Source: Trichinella spiralis (Eukaryota). Taken from it: DNA of 64,000 bases. Positions 12,408 to 24,668 of this stretch are shown in pieces; positions within the stretch are counted from its first letter, which is position 1, and each line of letters begins with the position of its first letter. The notes below the pieces were generated by a model. That model was not told where the DNA came from, did not search any database, and saw only the letters and a program-made list of their open reading frames with translations. The position numbers and the translations under genes are program-made. The stretch covers positions 7,089,566-7,153,565 of the forward strand of contig NW_003526943.1 of the NCBI RefSeq assembly GCF_000181795.1, in the 5' to 3' direction.

Positions 12408-15400
12408 TCAGTCCAAGTTTGTATCGGCAAACATGCTCGCACCACTCGACTTGCCATCCTTTTTGTTATTATCATCGTCCTTTTTATTATCCGATTGACC
12501 AGAAGGCGAAGTGAACATACTCTGCAACTTGGCCAACATTTTGCTGATCTTCGGATTCGACTGATATTTCAGCAAATTCATAGGATTTTTCTTCACATCT
12601 TCAAATACTCGAATCAATTCTGGATCCTGACAATAATCAATAATGAAAATGTAAAATCAAATGAAATTTTTGAAAAAGTTCATTGAATTCACACACGTTC
12701 ATAGCTTCCATAATTTCTGGATCGGACATGATGTTACCAAAATTAACCCCTGATAAATCTGGCATGTTTCCTCCCATATTTCCTAAAAAATCCTGAAACA
12801 AAACATACAATTAACTTGATAAATTAAAAAATAAATAAATACATTAAATGCTGATTTCAAAAAAAAACAACCATAATTAATTTAAGCAAATTTCACATGA
12901 GAAAAAAAATATGCGTATTTACAGCAAATGGATTGCCAGTTTGGGGTTTTTCATTTTCGGGAGAAGTTGGATTTTTCTTCTTTTCTTCGGCATTTGCAGT
13001 GTTGCTGCGTTCCGATCCACCTCCACCTCTTTGTTGCTGCTGCTGCTGTTTTCGTTCTTGCTTCTTACGTTCTTTTTTACGTTTATGTTCGACAAGTTTC
13101 TTCGCCTGAACAAAACCCACAATCCACCTCTTATTAACAACAATGAAGCAGATTAATCAATCAACTGATTAATTAATAATAAATAGTCATTTTCACTAGA
13201 GAAAAAATTATCTAAAAAAATTTTTTCATCATTACTCAATCAAAAAAAACAAACCATCACTAAGTGAAACAATATAAAAAAAGATTCGTTCAACAAATTA
13301 TTATCTTTCAATAGATGAGACAGATGATAATTTCTTTCTGTTTCACAATTTTTCTCCAATATGCATTAAAATTTTCAAATAAATTCCATGCACAAACACA
13401 CGTCTGGGAAGAAATATTAGATAATATTCTACTTATTATAAACAATTGATTAGAAAAAAAAACAACAACAACATTTGCATGATTGAAAAATACTGCTCAG
13501 CCGTGTGATTGGTAAACAAAGTGAAAATGTTCAAGTTGGTTTTTGCTGTTTTGCAATGCTATTTGCCTACTGCTACTGCTAGCTGCTTCTTCCCAGCAAA
13601 CAGAACGACGACACACTTCGCTTCACTAACATGCAAACACACACACACACACACGAGCACGTCAGAAACAAAGAATCTCAAGCAAAAGAATCCCATTCTT
13701 TATCGGCTGGAACAGCAGAAGTGATATAGTTTATATATTATATATCAGTAGCAGTAGCAGTAGCAGTAGGAATGATAGCAGCAACAGCAACTGCAACAGC
13801 AACAACAGCTTCAATGAAAAGCTAGTCATCTAAAGCTTTTCACATTCTGTCGTCATTGGAAACGAGCAAAAAAGAAAAAGTTGAGCTTTGAAAAGCCGAG
13901 CGAGTTCAGAGCGCCCATTAAAACGACAGCTGCACTGAACCGAGCAACATCAAGACAAGCAACTAAAAATACAACTACGCTCAGATTGGACGTGTTGGGT
14001 TTGTTGTCGAGCTCTTCAAACCCATTCCTTTCCTTTATAATAATTTTCTTTTTCCTGCAACCAATAATCAACTTTCTCTCCCCCCCTCCCACCCTCTCTC
14101 TTAATATCTCTCTCTCTCTCTCTCTCTCTCTGTGTTTTCAAGCTTGTTTTTGCTTTTCAGAACAAGCTTCACTGACGTAAACCGAGCGAACGCGTGCGAT
14201 CAGCGTGTGACAAGCATGAAACATCGTAACAACAAACGGCCCGTATCCAAATTCGAAAATTCCCACCATCACCGGATGTGGTGAATTTGCTCCTCTTCCT
14301 ACTCAGCTTTGCTGAATAAATGACCGAAAAATTTAAATAACCCTCTGAAGACACAGAAACGACGATGCTTGTTGAAACGTTTCACAAAACATCGCTGATC
14401 GCAGCCGTCTGTCATCATCTGCTGCTCCTTTCGACCCTGGTCGACGGAACAGGTAATTAATTGAAAGATCACCTCCTTTTCCACACGACACTATTCCGTA
14501 CATTTAATTATTAAGAAAAACGAATCCACCTCCAAAAAACCAAACCAACATACGGTTCTGCCAAGTCGAAGGAGCTGGCAGATGGCGGCACTGATGAAAA
14601 TCTTCTTCTTCTAGTCGACGACGAAGAAAATGACGACAGCCGGACGACCGTTGAACAACTTCGACGTATTTTTAGCAAAAAAATCAAACCCATCCAAGAC
14701 GAATTTCATTACAACGATTTCAATTCTCACTTCATGACAGGTAAACAAACATAAATTTGCTTGCTCTTCATCGATGTATTCGAATTCTTGTTCCATAGTT
14801 CAATATACTTATTATTATTATTCATTATATCCACCAAATTTTAATGAAATGGATATTGTGACCAGTTGGGAGGAGGAGAGCCAACACCAAAGTAATCTCT
14901 TGTATGGAGAAGAAGAGAAGTGCAGTGGATTATTATATTCAAGCATAATTGTTTCATTTTTCTGCCAAATGTTGATTGAATATTTTTGAAAACCAAATTG
15001 CAGAACGCGACATTGATGCCAAAGCTGTCGTGTTGGTAACGGGACCGGTAGGTTCGGGCAAAACGAGCCTGATCGCTCATCTGCTCGGCATGAAAGTCGA
15101 AGACATTGACGATTCATCACCATCATCATCATCGCAACAATATACGAACGGTAAACTTGTGTAAAACACAAACATTTCGTTGGATACAAATAAAACACGC
15201 CATCGTATATAGATGATGTGAACAATGATGGTCGTGGCGGCATTGGTCGGGGAAAATTCCTCGTTGTCGCAGATGCGTCGGACAAGGGCGTCGGCCGGAT
15301 GGACAGTGGTGATTCGTTGTTGGACGACCGGCATGGACCGTGGTTCGAGTGGTTCGGCCGTTTCGGTCGACAGTTCGTCGAACGGACGAGAACGTTGCGA

Positions 15401-18400
15401 GTGCAGAATCGTCTGCTTCGGCACGTGACGCTGGTCGAGGCGCCGCTTCCGTCGCCAGACCAAAGTGGTCAAAAGGAGACGCCCACGCAGGGGATATTCA
15501 ACGTGTTCGTCGACCGAGCCGACCTGGTGCTCGTCGTGGTCGAGCCGTGGTCGATACCAGTCGGCGAACAGTGGTCGTTCGGTGGGTTGTTGAAGCGCGT
15601 TAGCTGGAAAAAAGCCAACTTTTCGGTCAGCGACCACGACAGCCAGCTTCACCGCCATCGTGTCCGATTGGTCGTCAACAAAGCGGACACGGTGGACGAG
15701 GACCAACTGCGCCTGGCGTTCGGCTCGACAATGTGGTCGCTGGGAATGACGGCATTGGCAGGCGCGGTACCGCCGCCTGTGGTTTACTTCGGCTCATGGC
15801 TCCGAACCACCGAAGACGGTGGCGTTGCCGCCAAATTCCGCCGGGATCACATCCGCTTGACGGACGATCTGCTGATGCTGATCAACAACTGGATGCCGGA
15901 AAAGGTGGCTTCGTTGCGAGAGCACGCGAGCCGTGTAAAAGCGCACGCGATTCTAGTAGACGCCTACGTGCGAGCGTACCGGCGCCGGAAAAGTCTCCTT
16001 TTCGACGACCACGCCCTGGCGCGGTCAATTGTCGACACACCCCTGCGGTTCGGAGTGTACGAGTCGGCAGCTAGCCGGCTGGCCGTAAATCGACTGGGCT
16101 TACAACTCGACACTGTCGACCGAGAGTATGGCGCCTTTTTCGCCCTCCACCCGTTGGTCACCCAACGCGCTCTGAACGACCTCTGCCACTTCCTGTTCGG
16201 CTGCACCAAGATGGACAATCTCCAACAAGCCATCGACGTCGATTTGCCGTTGCTGCAGTCTCATTGGAAAATCAAAAACAAGAATAGCATCAACCGGCCT
16301 CGGATGTCACGTTCACCAACTGCAGAAGAAGATTCGTCGGAAAAAATGTTCACTTACAATGCCACAGCAGCCGCAACGCAAAAGCTTCACCACCACCACC
16401 ACAACAAAACCACCGCCACCACCATCGCGAGTAAGAAGAGAAAAACAATATGCAAAAAAAAATTTTTTTTTGTTTTCTTCATTCACACTACTTTTCTGTT
16501 AAGAAAATATTTCAACGTCAAATTCTGTGAACGATGCCGTCGTGAATGTGAAAAGGAAAAATGGCGTGAGAAAAAAAGAAAAGCAGGTACAAACTACTGT
16601 CCCCTGTCCGAAGTACAGACTCTCCTGTACACCGTCGGAAGACAAGCGTCAAAAGAAAGATGATGCAGATCAGAAGCAGTGTCCAAAGTATAGAATTTCT
16701 TGCAAACAAAATCTGACCGCAAGCAAGCAAGCGCCGTTGCAAAAATCCACCATCCCCACCACGTTACAACGTTGTCCCAAGTACAGGAAAACGTGCAAAT
16801 CAACGCCGGCACCGACTGACACTGCCACACCTTCCGCTGCTCCACCGACCCAGACAACAAAGCATTGTCCAATTTATCGAAAATCATGCAGCACCAAAGC
16901 ACAACAAAGCAGCAGCGGCAACGGAAGGCCAGAGTTGAACAAGAAAAAGCGTCATTGCGTGAAAAAGAGCAGGATGAAAAAGCAGCACATCGAAGAGCAG
17001 CTACGATTGAAAAAAACCAAGAAAACACCGCCCGCGGTTCCGGGGTGCAAAATTTACAGGAAAAGCTGCTCGCCGGCAAAATTGGAACCACCACAAGTGC
17101 AAAAGCCTCGCTGTCCCAAGTACCGCAAGACCGCATGCTCGAACCAAACCCTCACTGCGGCAGTGCCAGCGACCGTGCCGACACCGTCCCTAGCTGGGGG
17201 CACCGAATCTCTGACCACCGGGATAGGGTCCACGAAGCCATGCAACCGTTTTCGACTCTCCTGTCAAAAATTGCTAGCCAATCTTGCTTGACCGATCCGC
17301 CAAATAATTTTACCCGATACCCTGGGGTTTTTTTTCGGACAATTTTCCCTCATCCCCTGAAAATGTATCCTCGTCCAATTGTAATGTTTATCATTTTTAA
17401 ACTCAAACCTATTGTACACTTTCAAAAAGGGGGAATGGAAAAATACAGTTCGATTGAATATTGCAGAACAACAAGAAACACTTTTTGAAAATGAAACGGC
17501 ATTCTTATTATTAGATTTTTTTTCTTTCACAATTAATTCATAATTATAAAAAATAATCTGAAACATGCACAACTTTGTACTGAAGTGAAATTGAAAAATT
17601 TTAAGTCAAAGTAAAGTCGAAAAAATTTTCAATTTACATTCAAAAGCAGAAAACTTACGTATTCTTCAACTTCTTTGAGCCACTCGTAGCATTCTTCGTT
17701 GTAGTCGAGATTGTTGGCCTTGCACAGATCATAGTAAGCATCTTCCCAATGGCCCAGCATCCTTAACCACCACAAAGCCGTAAATGAACGTTTCAATTCA
17801 ACAAAATGCTCACCGATTCGCTTTTCCGCGGTATTTGTAAGCAATGGCGGCGTTCGGATTCAAACGAATCGCCTTGTTGCAATCACGAATAGCTGCCATT
17901 GGCTTTTTCAAATTCACCAACACTCTGAAAGTTATTTCAAAAATGGACAATCTTACAATTGCTGCATACTATATTTGAGAAGAAAAACAAATATGATTTC
18001 TACAACACATTATGTATAATGCTGCAAAAAATTAATATTGAAAAAATAATCTTACCCAGCCCGACGACCGTACAATAAAGTTGACACTGGATTTAAGCAA
18101 ATCGCCTCTGAATACAAGTCCAACGCTTTGTCATAATCCCCTTGAAAGATATAATTTCAAACGTTAAGAAAAAAGCAAAATCAACCTTTTAAATACCGTT
18201 CTTAGCTGCTTCCATTGCTTTCTGCTGTTTCGCATTGGAATTATCAATCATCTCTTCGGTTATCTGAAATATTTCAAAATTGTCCACACCATCAAAGATA
18301 TAATATTGTTTTCAATACTTCGACGTTTTCATCACCAAATGGAAGAAACATTTCGTCTTCGGGTTCCATCACCTTGACATTACTGAATTCTACACAAAAC

Positions 18401-19052
18401 AGATTTAGTGGAAAATAAAAGTAAAATTGGACATTTGAATTCAAATTTGATTTGTCGAGAATCAATGCATACGAAATTGTCTCAACGCGTCTAAAACCAT
18501 TTACACAATAATAATAATAATAATATATACCGTACCCAGTTCTGATTCGGACGAGCTTTCCTCTTCTTGTTCAGCTCTTTCCTGAAGTGAAATGACAATT
18601 ATGAATTATAAACCAGAGAAAATGATATTCCACTTCGAAATCCTACCTGTGCATTGTTAGCAGCGTTGTTGTTTTCTGGCGGCGGAACTGTTGCTCCCAA
18701 ACTAGAAAAAAATAACTGCAATCATGTGAAAAAAACTGAACAAAAATCCAAAAGAAAAATGAGGGGAAAAATTCTCGTTGACGTTGTTGAAAAATGTCAA
18801 CAGTTAATGATCATAATAAATTTTTAACTTGATCAGCTAAATCAAAAGCACAACTATTGGAATGTTGTTCAACAAATTTTATAAATACTGCTGGGAGATG
18901 AGCACTGAAATTATCATACGGAACACAGAAAGCCGATACCTTTCCAAGTATTCTTTGTAGAATGAAATACGCGAATTGTGGAGCAAACTTGGGTATTTCT
19001 TGCACTGTTCCACAAAACTGCGCAGCAAGTTCACTTGTTCCTTAGTGATCAT
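12408..19052 (-). CDS. ST13: Hsc70-interacting protein (Hip/ST13): dimerisation domain, TPR, STI1
   Basis: N-terminus [25 protein letters not shown]...FYKEYLE. Acidic SSESEL region. TPR exons [16 protein letters not shown]...AYKYRGKA and [11 protein letters not shown]...LDYNE. C-terminal STI1-like DPE...[20 protein letters not shown]. Large intron 17658-13106. Confidence 0.94.
14107..14131. repeat. (TC)n microsatellite upstream of the nested gene
   Basis: Perfect tctctc... run read directly. Confidence 0.85.
14365..17291 (+). CDS. SRL: Sarcalumenin-like (EHD/dynamin-like fold) protein with C-terminal Cys-repeat tail, nested antisense in an ST13 intron
   Basis: Exons 14365-14452, 14516-14740, 15004-15150, 15213-16430 and 16504-17291, joined by four phase-1 GT-AG introns (~821 aa). 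Signal-peptide-like start. Motifs [22 protein letters not shown]-loop [36 protein letters not shown]. The sarcalumenin-type C-terminal region reads [19 protein letters not shown]...CHFLFGC. Confidence 0.85.
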
Positions 19053-20797
19053 CTTTTCGTGCACTGTATTAAAACAAAATTTCACAAATTAATTATCTGG
19101 CTGAACGTGAAATTTATGAAACAACTCTTCATAAAAGTTGAATATAAATGAAAACGAGGTGACTATTTCAAATTTTTAAAATAATCCCTTAACAACATGA
19201 ATCTAATTCTTCTTTTCTACAATAATATAAAATGCACAATTCCCTATTTTCATTGGTAAAAAATTAATCATCGCGTTGTTTTGAGAACTATAATCATCAA
19301 TTGAAAACTGATGAAAACACAATAAATGTTATTTTGTGTAATAATATTAAAAAAAATAAAATTAAATCAAGTGAGATTAAATGAAAGAACTGCATAATGC
19401 GATTAACTGAGGACGATCTAGCCGATAAGATGGTTCTATAGGTATCAATGTGATTTTCATGCTTTAATGCAATGCGTCGATTTACTGTAACATCAAAATA
19501 AGAAAAATATCAAAACTCTGTTTTATCAATAAGAACTTAATCATTGTAAAAATTCTTTAGTAAATTCAGAGTTGTCAAAATTTTCAACTGAATTTTCTAT
19601 TCAACAATAACTAAGTTGTCAAAAAAAATTTTTTTTTTTCGAATACGTTACACAATACATTATAATATTGTTGAAATCTGCTTAAATTTCCAAATAACGT
19701 TGTTATTTCATAACGCAAAGTTTCGGTTCAATATTAATGAAAATGTCATATTTACCAAGATACACAGTAAAATATAATTAGGGATTAAATTTATTTTTCA
19801 AAAAAAGGGAAAAAAGTGTCGACTGTAAATAGGATACGTTAAGATATAAAGCTATTAAAATTGTAATTTAATGTGACAAAATGAACAGAAAATGATGTCT
19901 TTAATTTATTTTTTTGTACAATTTCATTTACTAATTCAAATGAAATACTACTAACACAATCTGTTTTCAGTACAAATAATTGAAGTGAAAGTAGTAAAAA
20001 CGAGGATGTTTCGGTATTTATATTTTTTTCAGTTAATTCAATACTTCAAAATACTGGAATTATTGAATAATTAATCTAAAATGCTAAATGTACGAGAGAT
20101 TATTGTTTTTTAGAAGCTACAGGAAGAAAAAGTTTACTTACAAGTTACAGTTATTGATATTTAATATAATTCAGCCGAATGGCAGAATACAATTTGGTAG
20201 AAAGTGAAATACCGTTAAAGTTTCCCAAAATCATCATAAAAAATACAATACGATTTCAAACACAATTTTCAAAACATAAATATATGTTTTATTAATGAAA
20301 TGGAAACATTTCCTCGACTAATAAATTTTTTAAATGTTAAACGGATATTCACTTCCAGGCATTCTATAAGTTCATCAAATTTTTTGTACGAATATGATCA
20401 ATAAATAAATATATTCAACTGGAAAAAAATATTTTTATGAATATTCAAAGGAAAAAGAAAAAAAAATTCAACATTCTTAAATTTTCATTTGCACATCATG
20501 ATTCATTTTCAAATGCAAAAAATTCACTTCCATGAACAGAAAAGAACATCATTATTATTATCTTGGATAAATAAATGCAGGAATGAATAACATATTATTC
20601 GCAGATAACTGCATTATATAAGGGATGCATTTACAAGTTAAAAAAAACAGCAAAAACTGAAAATGAAGTGTCACGAGGTGATGGTGATGAATAATTAATT
20701 AACAGACAGACTAGCTAGCTGGCTAGCCCGCTATATTTTCAGATTTAATTAAATAAAAAACAAAAACAACATTGCCTTTTCCATGCACCCAAGATCA

Positions 20798-23700
20798 CTA
20801 CTGGTCTGCGGCGTTTTTGTTCCGCTTAATTTTTCGTCTGCTTCTTTTCTGCTCTTCACGTCCGCTGTCGTCTGAAGTTGGCAAAGATCCGCTTGCTGTT
20901 GCTGCTGAAGAGCGGCCACGCCTTCTTTTCGACAAATGGTCACTTCCATTGCTGTGCACTGTTTCCGACGATTCGGCCGGGGTATGAGAAGCTGAACTAC
21001 CACTACCGCTGCTACTGCTGCTGCTGTTACTACTAATACTGTTACTAGTAGTAGCATTCGAGCCTAAATTTGGTATATAATTTCAAATTAATCACAAACA
21101 ATGAATATTGTCGTTAAAGGCTGCTCACTTTCTGATTCGCTTCTTCTTCTTCTTTTCTTGTTACTTCTTATCTTCTCCTTTTTTACTTTCCTCTTCCTCT
21201 TTCCAGTAGAAAAATCGCTACTCTCGCTGCAGCTATTACTACTAGTGTCAACAGTGCTTCTACTGTCGCGCATTCTTCTTCTCCTGTAAGTACCGCTTTT
21301 ACTTGAAGCACTGCTAACGCTGGTAACAGGCGACGACGCTGTAGACTTGCTGTTGTTGCTGCTGCTGCTGTTGCTATTACTACTGTGACTACTACTACTA
21401 CTACTACTACTATTACTACTACGGCTACGGATACTTCCAATTCTACTGCTGCTACTAGTGCTGCTAGTGCTGCTGCTGCCGCTATCAGCACTTGTGGAAC
21501 GATGCCTGCGTTGACGTCGACGATACGATTCCTCGTATACTTTTCTCGACCGACGACGATTATTAATACTACGACGACGCCTTTTATTATAAACCAACCC
21601 ATCATCATCTTCACCAACATCACGAATACGCGATCGTTTCCTGCGTCGACTGTTACTTTCAGAAGCTGACGTGGAAACCGACCGTCGACGTCGACGCTTC
21701 GATGACGCCTCAGACCCTCCAGCACGTCTCCAAGAATGACGCTCTGGAGACGCTGCTGCTGATCGCTCTTCTGACAATTTCTTCGGCTGGTCAGTCGATT
21801 TGACAGACAAGCCAGGACTGAGACGATGTTCCGGCTTGATGACTGCCCGCTTAGGGCGCAAATCCAAACCCAAAGCCGGATGCTCGTTTTCGCTTTCACT
21901 GCTACTAGCCGCGAAACAAGCCTGCTTGCCGATGCCGACCCTAACTTGCTGCGCAACTTCTTCAACAGGCTTGTTAGCACGTTTAAGCAAAGCGTTGTTT
22001 TTCATTTTCACGTACTGTTTCAACTGACGACTGATCAACGATTTGCTCGCTTGACGCTTTTCTTCCGTCAACAATGGTTCCACTGAACTTTTTTTCACTG
22101 ACAAATCCACTGGCATATTCACAACACTACTGGTGCTACTGTTGTTACTGTTGTTGTTGTTGTTGTTGATGATGATGCTGTTGTCGGTGCTAATGATGTT
22201 GCTGTTGTCACTGCTGCTGTTGTTGTTGTTGACGTTGTTTTGGTTGTTGTTGTTGATGATTGGAAAGATACTGTTTCCACTGATCTTGATAATGTTCGTC
22301 ATGTAACTGCTATCAAAGTTGCTAGTGATGTCACTGACAGACGGCACTTGCAGCACTGGTGGCGGCGGCGGTGGACCGACCGGCATGTCTATATCCTCAG
22401 GTCGAACTTTTGTCTTACGACCACTATTGGCCCAGGTCGAGGTGTACGTTGCATTCTGATTGTAGTACGTTGTGTATGTAGCATAACCATAACTGTAATT
22501 ATTGTAATATGATAAACTTTGATTCCACATCTGAGCATTATCGAATAACTCTTTTCTACTTCCATCGTTTGGGGTTATTCTTTGGCCATCTGCACTGGGA
22601 AAGTAAGCCGGCGAGCCGTCAGTCACTTTCACTGGCATCATCATATTTCCAAAAGAGTCAACAGGATGCAATGGCTGCATGTTCGCGCCTAACGGAAATA
22701 CTGGCTTTCCCTATAGTAGAAAGAAATTAAAGTCTATAATTGTCAATAGTTTACAATTACTTGCAGAAGTATAGCCATTAAGTTGACCACTTAACTGATG
22801 TCTTAAAAATCAGAAGAATAATTCAAAAATCAACAATTTGCATAAAATACCGATTACAACAACAACAAAATGTATATTTGCAACATGTACAACATATATA
22901 AATTAACATTGGGAATGTACTCCTAAAAGTAGAAAATATTCAGCTGCACTTATTAACCGAACACTTCATTGAACATTTGCATGTGAAAAAATCATATATC
23001 TTTTTCACACTTAGCCACACAATTTCTATAGCTTCATTCAAATGAGTCAATCTCTCAAATATGACCATTTCCATTCCCGAAGTAAACAAATAAAATGACA
23101 TGAAATTGCTTCGTTAAACTTGTAATGTTAACTTAAACTTTAAAAAAATATTGCTTACTTGACTATCCACAGGAACAATTGCCGTATTGTTGGGTCCAGT
23201 AGGAAACACTGGCATTCCATCCTCACTAACGGGAAATACTGGCTGGTTATTCTGATCAACAGGAAAGATGGGTTTATTATCTGGTCCAAGAGGAAATACC
23301 TAAAAATATGAAAAATAAATAAATATTAATAACGTAGACAATGTACATTAAGTAAACACTGCACATCTGCATTGCAACACAATATTTCTACAAAAATTTC
23401 ATCTCAGAATATAAATGAAACTTTTTTCATTTGAAAGCATAATTCTGAATGATAAAAATAGCTGAGCATTGATAAACTTAACGCACTGTTCAAAATTTGC
23501 ATGCACAAACAAACCCTTTTTCCTTCTGGTCCAAACGGCAACATTGGCTTGCCGTCAGCATTTACTGGGAATTTTGGTCGACCTTCTTCATCAGTAAATA
23601 AAGTGGTTGCCTTCAAATCCTGATCTTTATCATCTTTGCTCATCACATCGCTACCTGTGTCTAACTGATGCGCTGCTTCAGGTTCCGCAGCTGATGAACT

Positions 23701-24668
23701 TATTTTTTCTACAGATGATGCAGCCAAATCCAGCAATGATGATGACTCCGAAGCAACTGCATGTAAATCTGGATTTTCAATTGGTGCTTCGGGAGGTGGA
23801 GGTGGTGATTCCAGTAGTGGAAGAGGTGATTCTAATAGTGGAGGTGGAGGTGGAGATGGAGGTGGAGGTGGAATGTCGTCATCAGCAACAGCAGCTGTAA
23901 TTGCCAAATCAGCCTTATAATTGCTGCCATCTTTACCAAAATCTAAACTCAGAATCTGATTTTAACAACATAATTACACATTGCATACAATATAAATTAC
24001 ATTTCGAACTTACAGAAAGACTAGAAAATACGCAACAATTGGAATACTTGAAGAATACTTTACTTAAAAGATAAAATATTCCGTAAAACACTGCTTGCTC
24101 ATATTTAACTTTCATTTATTCTACACAAAGTTATTAACTACGGTTAAGTTCGATTTTAAAATGGTCAATTTCTTTTCATAACATATGCATTTCTTTTTTC
24201 CTTTGTTTTCATTTATCAAAGTATCAGCAGTAAAAATATTTTCTTACTAATATCTTATCAGCTGACAAAAATAAAAGTATAAAGTTATAATTTTACCAAT
24301 CAACTAATAACATTTATCGCCAGAACTCAAAACAAAAGCAAACATGACAATATCATGTGCGGAAAAGCAAATCCTAACAAAACATTTTAAATAAATAAAT
24401 AATAAAAATTTTTACCTGTGGCAGTATTGTCCCACAAAACAAATTCGCCATCTGGTCCTTGATAATACCAATAACCTTCTAAATTTTGCGCGTACCATCG
24501 CATCTCATCGTCGGTGTAATAACTGAACTGCGCATCAGAATGTTGAAATGTCAAACCGTGACAATAGGAAGTTGTTGTTACAGATGGTGTAGAATCATCA
24601 ATGCTAGCCGGTTGATATGATATATTGCTGATTACTGTATCGCTCCAATTTTGAGAAGTAAATGCCAT
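20798..24668 (-). CDS. Uncharacterised, probably nuclear, low-complexity protein (aromatic N-domain, Pro-rich, decamer PxFP repeats, Ser/Arg-rich C-terminus)
   Basis: Exons 24668-24416, 23930-23515, 23299-23159, 22710-21129 and 21063-20798 join in frame with GT-AG sites. The last exon uses a different frame from the listed 20749 ORF and ends TAG at 20800-20798. Many basic NLS-like clusters. Confidence 0.75.

Noticed and set aside
20749..21057. 102-aa ORF that looks like it has a signal peptide (MLLLVTVLVV...)
   Set aside because: Off-frame reading of the Ser-rich triplet repeats in the last exon of the 20798-24668 gene.
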